Source: the human T2T-CHM13v2.0 reference genome, Homo sapiens. From it: a DNA stretch of 64,000 nucleotides. Location of the stretch: NCBI RefSeq assembly GCF_009914755.1, contig NC_060945.1. The stretch is one strand, 5' to 3'. Made by a program: the position numbers and the translations under genes. This document shows, piece by piece, positions 51,284 to 64,000 of the stretch. The stretch's first letter is position 1. Each line of letters begins with the position of its first letter. The notes beneath the pieces were generated by a model, which worked only from the letters and a program-made list of their open reading frames with translations, was not told the DNA's origin and ran no database searches.

Positions 51284-53129
51284 TAATGAGTCAACTCCCA
51301 TTCACAATTGCTTCAAAGAGAATAAAATACCTAGGAATCCAACTTTCAAGGGGTGTAAAGGACTCTTCAAGGAGAACTACAAACCACTGCTCAATGAAAT
51401 AAAAGAAGACACAAACAAAAGGAAGAACATTCCATGCTTATGGATAGGAAGAATCAATATCATGAAAATGGCCATACTGCCCAAGGTAATTTATAGATTC
51501 AATGCCATCCCCCTCAAGCTACCAATGACTGTCTTCACAGAATTGGAAAAAACTACTTTAAAGTTCATATGGAACCAAAAAAGAGCCCACATTGCCAAGA
51601 CAATCCTAAGCAAAAAGAACAAAGCTGGAGGCATCACGCTACCTGAGTTCAAACTATACTACAAGGCTACAGTAACCAAAACAGCATGGCACTGGTACCA
51701 AAACAGAAATACAGACCAATGGAACAGAACAGAGGCCTCAGAAATAACACCACACATCTAAAACCATCTGATCTTTGACAAACCTGACAAAAACAAGAAA
51801 TGGGGAAAGTATTCCCTATTTAATAAATGGTAATGGGAAAACTGGCTAGCCATATGTAGAAAGCTGAAACTGGATCCCTTCCTTACACTTTATACAAAAA
51901 TTAATTCAAGATGGATTAAAAACGTAAATGTTAGACCTCAAGCCATTAAAAACCCTAGAAGAAAACTTAGGCAATACCATTCAGGACATAGGCATGGGCA
52001 AAGACTTCATGACTAAGATGCCAAAAGCAATGGCAACAAAAGCCAAAACAGACAAATGGGATCTAATTAAAGTAAAGAGCTTCTGCATGGCAAAAGAAGC
52101 TGTCATCAGAGTGAACAGGCAACCTACAGAATGGGAGAAAATTTTTGCAATCCACCCATCTGACAAAGGGCTAATATCCAGAATCTACAAAGAATTTAAA
52201 CAAATTTACAAGGAAAAAACAAACAACCCCATCGAAAAGTGGGCAAAGGATATGAACAGACACTTCTCAAAAGAAGACATTTATGCAGCCAACAGACACA
52301 TGAAAAAATGCTCATCACCACTGGTCATCAGAGAAATGCAAATGAAAACCACAATGAGATACCATCTCATGCCAGTTAGAATGGCGATCATTAAAAAGTC
52401 AGGAAACAACAGATGCTGGAGAGGATGTCGAGAAGTAGGAAAGTTTTTACACTGTTGGTGGGAGTGTAAATTAGTTCAACCACTGTGGAAGACAGTATGG
52501 TGACTCCTCAGGGATCTAGAACTAGAAACACCATTTGACCAGCCATCCCATTACTGGGTGTATACCCAAAGGATTATAAATCATGCTGCTATAAAGACAC
52601 ATGCACACATATGTTTATTGTGGCACTATTCACAATAGCGAAGACTTGAAACCAACCCAAATGCCCATCAATGATAGACTGGATTAAGAAAATGTGGCAC
52701 ATATACACCATGGAATGCTATGCAGCCATAAAAAAGAATGAGTTCACGTCCTTTTCAGGGACATGGATGAAGCCGGAAACCATCATTCTGAGCAAACTAT
52801 CACAAGGACAGAAAACCAAACACCACATGTTCTCACTCATAGATGGGACTTGAACAATGAGAATGCTTGGACACAGGGTGGTGAATATTACCCACTGGGG
52901 CCTGTCGTGGGTGGGGGACTGGGGGAGGGATAGCATTATGAGAAATAGCTAATGTAAATGATGAGTTAATGGGTGTAGCAAACCAGCATGGCACATGTAT
53001 ACCTATGTAACAAACCTGCATGTTGTGCACATGTACCCTAGAACTTAAAGTATAATTTAAAAAAAAAGAAAGAAAGAAACCATCTTGAAAATCTCCAATT
53101 TGTTTTCAATGTTTTCTCAGAAATTACGT

Positions 53130-53509
<380 letters not shown>

Positions 53510-53857
53510 TAATGCGTTTTCACCATCCATCATTACACTCCTTCCAGGTGATATTCTTGCCTCAATCATGTGATTCTGATAGGGTTTCCCATCACCCTCT
53601 CTCACTCCTATCACTATTTTAATGCCAGTGAGGCCCTGGCCCAGCCAATTATAAAATCCCTTTCCCTAGCCACAGTGGTCTTCTATGGACACTCTCAGAC
53701 TCTAAGTCACCCAGGGATCTTTTAATTTTGAGATTATGATTCAGTAGATGTAGGTATACCTGAGAGTCTGCATTTTTAACAAGCTCACAGATGATGTCTA
53801 TGTGGCTGATCTGTAGAGATCAAGATGTAGGTATCTCCCAGGGTGTAGGGTTGCACA

Positions 53858-54426
53858 TTTTTTTTTTCTGTGTTTGTGGGGAGGTCTCCTGGATTGGCAA
53901 GAGATTTTTTTTTTTTAATTTTTTTATTCCATAGGTTTTTGGGTAGCAGGTGGTATTTGGTTACATGAGTAAGTTCTTTAGTGGTGATTTGTGAGATTTT
54001 AATGCACTCATCACCCAAGCAGTATACACTAAACCCAATTTGTAGTCTTTTATCCCTCACTCCCTTCCCACTCTTTCCCCCGAGTCCCCGAAGTCCATTG
54101 TGTCATTCTTATACCTTCACATCCTCACAGCTTAACTCCCACTTATGAGTGAGAATATGTGATGTTTGGTTTTCCATTCCTGAGTTACTTCACTTAGAAT
54201 AATAGTCTCCAATTCCATCCAGGTTGCTGTGAATGCCATTAATTCATTCCTTCTTGCGGCCGAGTAGTATTCCATGGTATATATATTCCACAGTTTCTTT
54301 ACCCACTCATTGATTGGTGGGCATTTGGGTTAGTTCCACATTTTTGCAATTGCAAATTGTGCTGTTATAAATGTGTGTGTGCAAGTATCCTTTTCATAGA
54401 ATGACTTCTTTTCCTCTGGGTAGATA
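53858..54426 (-). mobile_element. 5'-truncated L1PB1-like element with an extra 3' segment
   Basis: L1PB 3' end 53905-54426; TSD TAGGGTTGCAC (53846-53856, 54427-54437). Confidence 0.9.
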
Positions 54427-56142
54427 TAGGGTTGCACTTTAACCATACCAGTCCGGGTAGTCGACACAGAGGAAGCCAAGGGATGGGAAGAGAAGGCATA
54501 ATTCTGTTGTGCCTGGTACCAGTCCTGCCCCACTCCAGTTACACGGCCCAATAAGTCTGCTTTTTGTTTAAATAAGACTGAGTTGAATTTCCTCATTTAC
54601 AACCAAAAGAATTCATAGGATATAGATTTTCTTTTGATATAAGCTAAGTGTCCAAGCTGTTCTGGGCATAGCTATTCCTCATCTGTTACATTTGCAAACT
54701 ACCTTCAAGAATGATGGCTTGTGACTCATGATTATAAGAAATAACTAGGAACAGATGTAATTCCTAAATTACTTCTTACATGTTGGAAAATTCATTTTTC
54801 TATTACATTAGTTATTATCTAAGTAAAGCTAATACATTGTCTTTTAGGGTTACTTGCTGATCAATTGAGTGAAAAAAATTGTATTAATTAGAAATTTTTA
54901 TTCCCACTCTTCTGGCTTCCTGTAAGTAGATACCTATTGACTTCTCTGTAAGTGAATATACTTCTGGAACTAGGAAAACCCAACTCCAGTCTACTGTGGA
55001 GTACAGACATTTGTGAGCTAAATTCATATTTGAAATGACATGCGGATAGGTTTATGATCCTAAAATTCTACCAAGTTTATATGTTTCTACATACTACACT
55101 TATCTGTAAAAGTGTAAACCAATTGTTTTTAACTCACGTTAAAGATAAGTTGAGATCATTTTGCATTTTCAAACATTAGGGTCTCTATTAACTGCATTGT
55201 CAGTTAAAAAGGTCCTCCTCTATTCATTACTAATCAGCCTTGGAGAATAGATGGCTGGCAATTTCAAAGACAAGGTGAAGTGAACACTTGGAGAAATCTT
55301 CTTAGTGAAAAATGATTCATTGTTTTGAGAGGCAATAATGTCACAGTCCTCTGAGACAAAAAGAGAATCCTTACTACAAGAACAAATAGTAATTAGCAAA
55401 TTTGCAAAGCATGGTCGTTATCCTTTTGTTACAGCAATTTATTTTTAGTCCAAGCAACAGTTTATTAGAGCGTTCATTTTAGGAAGCTAGGATAAATTAA
55501 GACAGCAAAGCAACTTTACCAGTTCAGCTCTACAGCCCAACCTTGATATGCTTCTTCCTCCTGGAGGCCTTACCTGTTCCCTTGGGATCAAGTAAGAGGC
55601 TTTGTGAAGGTTCCCACAGCATCCTAATCCCCAACCCCCATCATTATTCTCTGAACCACACCACACTGGTTCACTTTTCTGAAAGCCTCCTTGCCTCTCT
55701 TCAACCCCTCCTCACAGTGCAGTGTTTTGCACTGTTTGTGTTTTAAATATTTGTTTATGAGATGGACAAGAAAGTTGGAAGATGCTGCATTACAGTCAAT
55801 GTAATTCACTAAATAAGGGCCACCTTATGTTTTTAAGTTGCTTGCATGGCGCTGATGCAATCTGCTTTGAGAAAATGTTATGCTTCATTGAGCTTTTTTT
55901 AATGTAATATGGAAAGGTTTTGTTTCTCCTATATGAAAAAAAAAACTACCCAATGCTGCTGAATTTGGCATTAAAAGTCATTGGTGGCGTTCTTTCATTC
56001 AAAAAAACTTCAAAAACAAAGCCATAGCGAAGGGTTTAATAGTATTGATAAAGTAAAGAACAAGTACCTTTTAAACACTGTCTCAAGGTAAAGGAAGGCA
56101 CTTTGTGTTAGTTTTTTTCTGCTATTAAATTATATCAACAGC

Positions 56143-56160
56143 TACCACTAGAGGGCGCTT
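56143..56160 (+). promoter_or_regulatory. CTCF motif
   Basis: CCACTAGAGGGCGC (56145-56158) fits the core CCASYAGRKGGCRS with no mismatch, in non-repeat DNA. Confidence 0.75.
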
Positions 56161-56736
56161 GGCCTCTTTTTATTTTTAGTAAACCGACTGCTGCTTTGAA
56201 ATGGCACCTACTGCCTTCACATATTACTGTATCCATAAGCTGGTATTTCCATTCTTCACTGTATGTGCGAGTTACTTTATTCTTAAATGTTATATTACTC
56301 CTCACATATTTCATCTCTATAAGCCAATGATTTCGTTCATGTTTATTGAATACTAGAAAATTATAACTTTCCTCGATGGTGGTTAATTTGAAATGTATTC
56401 TTCTCCCCACTGACATACTAAGAAAAAAAAAGTTTCAATGTCAAAACGTAATAAGTTTCTACATTCAAAAAATAGATGAGAATTATTGTATATTCCTAAA
56501 AAATTAAGAGAAAAAACATTTAGCAACTATCTTTAACTTAATTACTGATGAGGTACCCAAATTTTGTCAGTGTATGGCACAGTTAGTGTCTCAGTAACTT
56601 TTTTCGCATGCTCCAAAAAAAAAAAAAAGTTCTGTTTATTACATAGTTAGGTTTATGCAACTTAAGAAGTATTTACATTCTAACAACTTACTCGCTGTTT
56701 GAAAAAATTACACACATAAACAAATGGGAAAAAAAA

Positions 56737-57034
56737 TTTTTTTTTTTGAGACAGGGTCTCACTGTGTCACCCAGGCTGGACCTAGGCTCCAGTGACCCAA
56801 GCTCACTGCAGCCTCGACCTACTGGGCTCAAGTGACCCTCCCACTTCAGCCTCCCAAGTAGCTGGGACTACAGGTGCACACCACCACTCCCTGCTAATTT
56901 TTTTTTTTTTTAATTGTAGAGTCAAGGTCTCATTATGTTGCCCAAGTTGGTCTCAAACTCCTGGGCTCAAGCCGTCCTCCCATCTTGGCCTCCTAAAGTG
57001 ATGGGATTACAGGCATGAGCCACTGTTCCTGGCC
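56737..57034 (-). mobile_element. AluJ
   Basis: Reverse dimer. Confidence 0.9.
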
Positions 57035-57054
57035 TATTTCATTATCTCACACTG

Positions 57055-57630
57055 ACTATATTAGTTACCCATTGCTTCATAACAAATTACCCCCAACATT
57101 TAGTGGCTTAAACAACAAGTCGTTATTATCTCATAGTTTCTGTGGGTCAGGGATGCCAGAGGAGCTTATCTGGATGGCTGTCGCTCAGGATCCCTAATGA
57201 GGTTGCCTTCATGATGGTGGCCGGGGATGCAGTCACCAGAAAGGTTACCTGAGGCTGGAGGACCCACTTCTAAGATGGTTCATTCCCATGGCTATTGGCC
57301 AGTGGCATCAGCTCCCTGCTGGCTTTTTGCAAAAGAGCTCATTTCCTCTCCACATGGCACACCCACAGGGCTGCTTGAGCATCTTCACATGCTCAAGCCG
57401 TGAAGCAGCTGGCTTCCCCAAAACTGAGTGATCAACAGGAAAAAGCAAAGAGGAAGATGAAACGCCTTGTATGATCTAGACTTCTGAGTCTCACACTTGC
57501 CCTTCTGCCACATTCTAGTTTTCAAAAGCTAGTTACTAAGTCCAGCCCATATTCAAAGGGAAAGGAATTAGGATTCATCCATTAAAGGGAAGATTGTTAA
57601 AGAATTTTGGATACATTTTAACACCATCAC
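57055..57630 (-). mobile_element. MLT1F/G-like solo LTR
   Basis: TAACAAATTACCCC...TTAGTGGCTTAAACAAC...GCAGCTGGCTTCCCC. Confidence 0.75.
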
Positions 57631-57631
57631 A

Positions 57632-57970
57632 GTTACCAGTGAGGTACATGCACCTATTGGGCACTAGACACCCAACCTTTAGAACCAAATTCACCACCAC
57701 CACCCTTATTTCCCGTTCCATGTTAATTGTCATATAGTATCTATTTTTTATCACAGCAACTTCTGAAAACCCAGCTTCCAAAGATATGTCTTTTAGAAAA
57801 GCATTACAGCACAATCTAAGGTTTAAATTATAAGGTATTTTGAGCCAGTAGTTCATGCAGCAGCCAACAAATGTTTCTGTGTTTTTCTTGAGAATTTTCA
57901 ATATGTCGTGTGGCCCCTGTGAGGTCACTGCAACCTCTTGGGGTGCCTCAGTGCACAATTTGGGAATCAT
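57632..57970 (-). mobile_element. hAT-Charlie DNA transposon relic
   Basis: Minus-strand EAGFSEVAVIKNRY...INMEREIRV resembles the Charlie/Buster transposase C-terminal dimerisation motif. Confidence 0.62.
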
Positions 57971-59198
57971 AAGCTTAATTATCTTTTTCTCAGAGATAAA
58001 AATGTAGAGTATGTTTAAAGAAGTCTTTCTAAATACATCAATAATTTCTCTATTATTCATACTCTGGGGATATTATAAAGGAGGCTATTTCTATTCATAG
58101 TATGGAAACAAAATGAAAATTTTATTACTTTATAAGTATTTATTTAATATAAAAATATTCTAAGGGCTGGACCTCTTTCCTTTGCCCATTTTAATTGAAC
58201 AATGGATGGACTATGAAGAAAAAGTAATCCAAGAATAAAAAAATACAAATCAAAGTTTCAGTTTGAAAAAAAATTATCATCCAAGAAATAATCATTTCCT
58301 TTTTATATTAAAAAATGTTCTCTTTATTCTCATTTCCCAATATAATAATATTTTAGTGTTAGCCTGGAGTCTGTGCCAAATGATTACACAGTATGTCTAC
58401 TTCCTGACCCATAGGGAGTTAATCTTCGATAAAAAACAAGCTCAGGTAATGAAAGATCTTCCTGTTAATTGCAAGTGATAGGAAACACACACACACATTT
58501 CTCTTACTCCTTCCTGAAACCCCACTAAAATAACAAAAATGATGTGAAAGGGCATAATTCCACAAAAATGAGGAGAACAGAAAAGGTGATTATAGAAGAT
58601 GATTACTGTACACCAAAAAAAGATGATTATTGTACACAAAATGAAAAGCTTATAACCTTTGGTAAATGGCTTTGGACTCATATATCTCTGCTCTGCTGAG
58701 TACCTGAAAAAGAAAAAAACAACTAGAAGAAAGTTGATTCATGAACTCAGAAAACTTCTATCAATAGAGGAACCAGGGGCCTCTGAAGGTGTTAAGTTTG
58801 CAAGTAGGGCTGAAAACAGAAGAATTTGTTAAAAGTCTGAAAAAGGAGGTAACAGACTCTTCAGTCTCCTCCCACCGTCCATGCAGGCAGGTGACTACAT
58901 GTCACAAAAGATGGTAGGTTTCTTATTAATAACATAGACGTTCATTGGATAACATAGATGTTCAATCAGTCTATTTTCAGAAGAGTGAGATTTCTAGTTC
59001 CCTTCTGGTAGTAGGCCCTCAGAACAATGACTGTTAGACTTATACTCCATCATAGGAGATAATGAAAATGTCCTTTAGGGAAACTGTCTAGCCCTATGAA
59101 TACCGACAGCCAAGAATCCCCCAAGACAGCCAGCTCCTGCCTGAGCTCTCTACAGTAAAACCTGACACACTTGATAAGCTTCACAGGAACATGGGACT

Positions 59199-59516
<318 letters not shown>

Positions 59517-59994
59517 TGAATATGGAACTTCTAATCAGGATTTACTGCCACTCTTTATAAAAAATAATTTATTTTAAAATAACTTACATAAAAACTTTCA
59601 GATCAGAACAAAGAATTCTTGTATCCCTTTCATTCAGATTGTCCAAACATTAACATTTTTCTGAATATGCATGGACACCAACCCCGTCTCTCTGTGTATA
59701 TGTAGGGAGAGGAAGTGATCCATTATCATTAGTCATACTCTGAACTTTTTAAGAGAAAGCTTCAGACACGATGTCCCATTATCCCTAAATAATCCAGTGT
59801 GTATTTCCCCAAAACAAGAAAACTCTCCCATTCAAATTTTGCCAACTGTCCAAAACTCTCTCTTTTTCCTTTCTGGTTCAGGATTGTTCCAAGGAATATA
59901 TGTTGCATGTAGTTCTTATGTCTCATCATATTCATTCAGCTTAAAACAATAATTCTGCCTTTGATGTCCTTAACCATTTTTAAAGAGTAAAAGC

Positions 59995-60374
<380 letters not shown>

Positions 60375-60445
60375 TCACAGGAATATTACGGAAACTATGC
60401 TGTGCTTTTCCCACTGTATCTCATCAGGATGTACAAACTTAGCAA

Positions 60446-60450
<5 letters not shown>

Positions 60451-60497
<47 letters not shown>
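60451..60497. repeat. (CA)~23 microsatellite
   Basis: Directly visible. Confidence 0.97.
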
Positions 60498-60501
<4 letters not shown>

Positions 60502-60564
60502 ATTAAGCCTGAGAAGTATAAGTACAAGGAAAGTACAAGAAAGGAAATGAAGCCAGAGTTTACT

Positions 60565-61088
60565 ACGATAAAGAACTGGGAATGGTCTGAGACTTCATCT
60601 TATTTGCAAGCCAACAAGTTAGCCTGCCATAGTTTCATGGATGCTGGGGAAAGACCTGAGACTCCCAGGTCAGAGGCAAAGGATTTTATTACTCACAAAA
60701 CAGTAAGCAATATGAGCTTTATGGTCACTCTGGTTCCCCTTGCCCTCCAGTTCCCATGGTGGTGACAAAGAGTATCCAAGGCAGATGCTGCATATGCAGT
60801 GGGTTTGTATCACAGCTAAAAAACCCTGAGCTTGGGGAACCTCAGTCTTTTATAATGGGTTGAAAGCAAACCTACATGACTTTTGGCCCCGTGGAAGACA
60901 TTATCTTTACCATACTGGATAGTAAACACACCTGTCATCTGCTCTGGAGGGAGATGCTGTCTCTATAGTCCAAGGCTATTCACTATATTTATATCCTGGA
61001 AATCGCAGTCTGGAACAAAACCTGTCACTACCTGTGCCCTTAAAATGTGCAGAAATATAAATGACCCATGAAGAATTGTTGTCCAACC
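60565..61088 (-). mobile_element. Old solo LTR (LTR47-like, tentative)
   Basis: GCAAGCCAACAAGTTAGCCTGCCA...TTTCATGGATGCTGG...AGGATTTTATTACTCAC (minus-strand AATAAA). Confidence 0.6.
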
Positions 61089-61491
61089 ACTGCGTGACTC
61101 ATCTCTGAAAATAATTACACATATCACAATAAGGTAAACTCTAGATGTTGGCTTACCCAAAAAATTGTGACTAAATATATTGGCAAAGGGGAGAAATGGG
61201 AGGAGTATGTTGGGGAAGGTAGACAGGCATAAAACATAATAAATTTTATATTCTATACTAGGAAATAAATAGATGACATCTAAAACAGAAAATCAAAAAA
61301 TAGAAGTAAAAGTGTATTACTTTTAAAATGTAGGAAAATAAATAAAAGTGTTAAGTGTGGTATTGCCTCTTAGGTATAGTTTTGTTTTCATGAAATGGGA
61401 AAGGTGGAACAAGCAAGCCCTTTTTTTCAGCATAAGCTATTTGACCTTTTTAACTATACACAAGATTATCTTCATAAAAATTAAAATACAA

Positions 61492-62270
<779 letters not shown>

Positions 62271-63178
62271 TAATTTAATTTAGAGAGAGAGGGAAATAGA
62301 AAGAGCTCCTGGAGCACAATAGTTTTATTATAATCATTAGATTATGGCTTGAGGAAATCTGCCCCAAACATCTCTAAAGAACTAATAAGGATATAGGCAC
62401 CTCAGTGTTTGAAAAGGTAGCTTTTAAAGGCATAAAGCCAGTTGCCTTATCTTAAGGAACAGACATTCACTGTCAGACTATAGGACAACACCCTCAGCCC
62501 TGGTAGGTATGATTGGATTTCCACTCTAGCATTCACTGGGCACAATAGCTACGCGCTCTTCTCAAAGGATGTTGGAAGACACAAAATGACCTCATTGCTG
62601 GTATGGTGTCCGCAATAATATCTCCCAGCTGCTCTAGGCTGTATTCACAACAAAGGAAGCTTGACTTTGTGCAGCCCTCCAGGCTGTTAACTCTCAGGAG
62701 CCCATCCATCTACAACAGACAATATGGATAGGAACAACGTGGGGGTGGAGGTGGAAAAAAACAGTGAAAAAGAAAAAAATGCTAACATATTTCAATTTCA
62801 TAAAGAGTCAAGTGTTATGTCACTTAACGTTTTCTTCCAATCTTTTTTGATACTAAAAAATAAAAGCAAAAAATTATGGAAGTGTATAAAGTAGAAATCA
62901 AAAGCACCCCATCCTACTTAATCATTCCCTAATTCCACTCCGCAGAAGTAACGGTTTTCAACCGTTCAAAATCTTTCCTTCCAGATATTTTTAGAATGCA
63001 AATATTTGCGCTTATATACATGTGAGCATACTGACTTGTTTTACCTAGATTATATCATACTATACATGCAAATTTGCCTTGTGTTTACTTTGCTTAAATG
63101 ATTGCAAGATTGTTCTACCAGTACATAAAATCTGCCTTCCTCATTCTTTCTAAGAGCTGCAGTTTCTATTAATGATTA

Positions 63179-63493
<315 letters not shown>

Positions 63494-64000
63494 TTATTTC
63501 CAGTTTTATCCTGTTATAAGCAATACCCATTCTTTTCCTATTTCTGTGCTGTTATTTGAGTATTTGTGAAGGATAAACTCTTCCAAGTCGAATCTGTGTC
63601 AGTGGGTATACAGAGTTTTCACATGGCTGCACCATACAGTCTTTGCAACCATACTGTAAAGCTAATAGTCTTGCTTTCATTTTAATATTAAGGAAAGTGA
63701 GAACCACAACATCCGGTATTTTCACCCAAAGTCTGGCAGAAATTAAGTGCAAAGATTAAAACTACATTCCTTTCAAATCCAAGTTCAAGAGTGGCTTAGA
63801 CAGACAACGTCAAGAGCAGCAGTGGGCAGAATGGAGGCTTCTGGAGCAGGCATGTAGACACCCCTAAATGCTTAGGATGAGTAAACCAGAACTCCTTACT
63901 GACCAGACTGTGTAGCTCCAGCCTTTTACCATTCCCAAGATGAGGACGGTCCAGGACAGCTTTACAGAGATAACAAAGAAGTAGGATTGGCAACCCAACA

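Noticed and set aside
57575-58060. 161-aa ORF as a domesticated transposase gene
   Set aside because: Only a short motif resembles a hAT transposase; no catalytic core or exon structure.

Overview
Primate (most likely hominine) genomic DNA with no recognisable cellular gene, RNA gene or CRISPR array. Most of the window is interspersed repeats: two young L1PA2-like LINE-1s (1-2466 and 44960-50884, the second nested in an older L1PA5/6-like copy), an L1PB 5' half carrying an LTR12 solo LTR, an internally deleted HERV-L provirus, a full-length THE1A, many MaLR/ERVL solo LTRs, about 20 Alus and DNA-transposon relics. All long ORFs are retroelement-derived. The most unusual signal is that three L1 copies of different ages share the same non-consensus two-SNP haplotype in ORF2 ([10 protein letters not shown] instead of IPIKLPMTFF), suggesting inter-copy gene conversion. 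Other points of interest are a 5'-complete L1 lacking its last ~130 nt, a short 3' transduction, a microhomology-mediated HERV-L deletion, a probable L1 insertion-associated deletion and a strong CTCF motif. Subfamily calls come from remembered consensus sequences, not from a search, and the boundaries of old elements are approximate.
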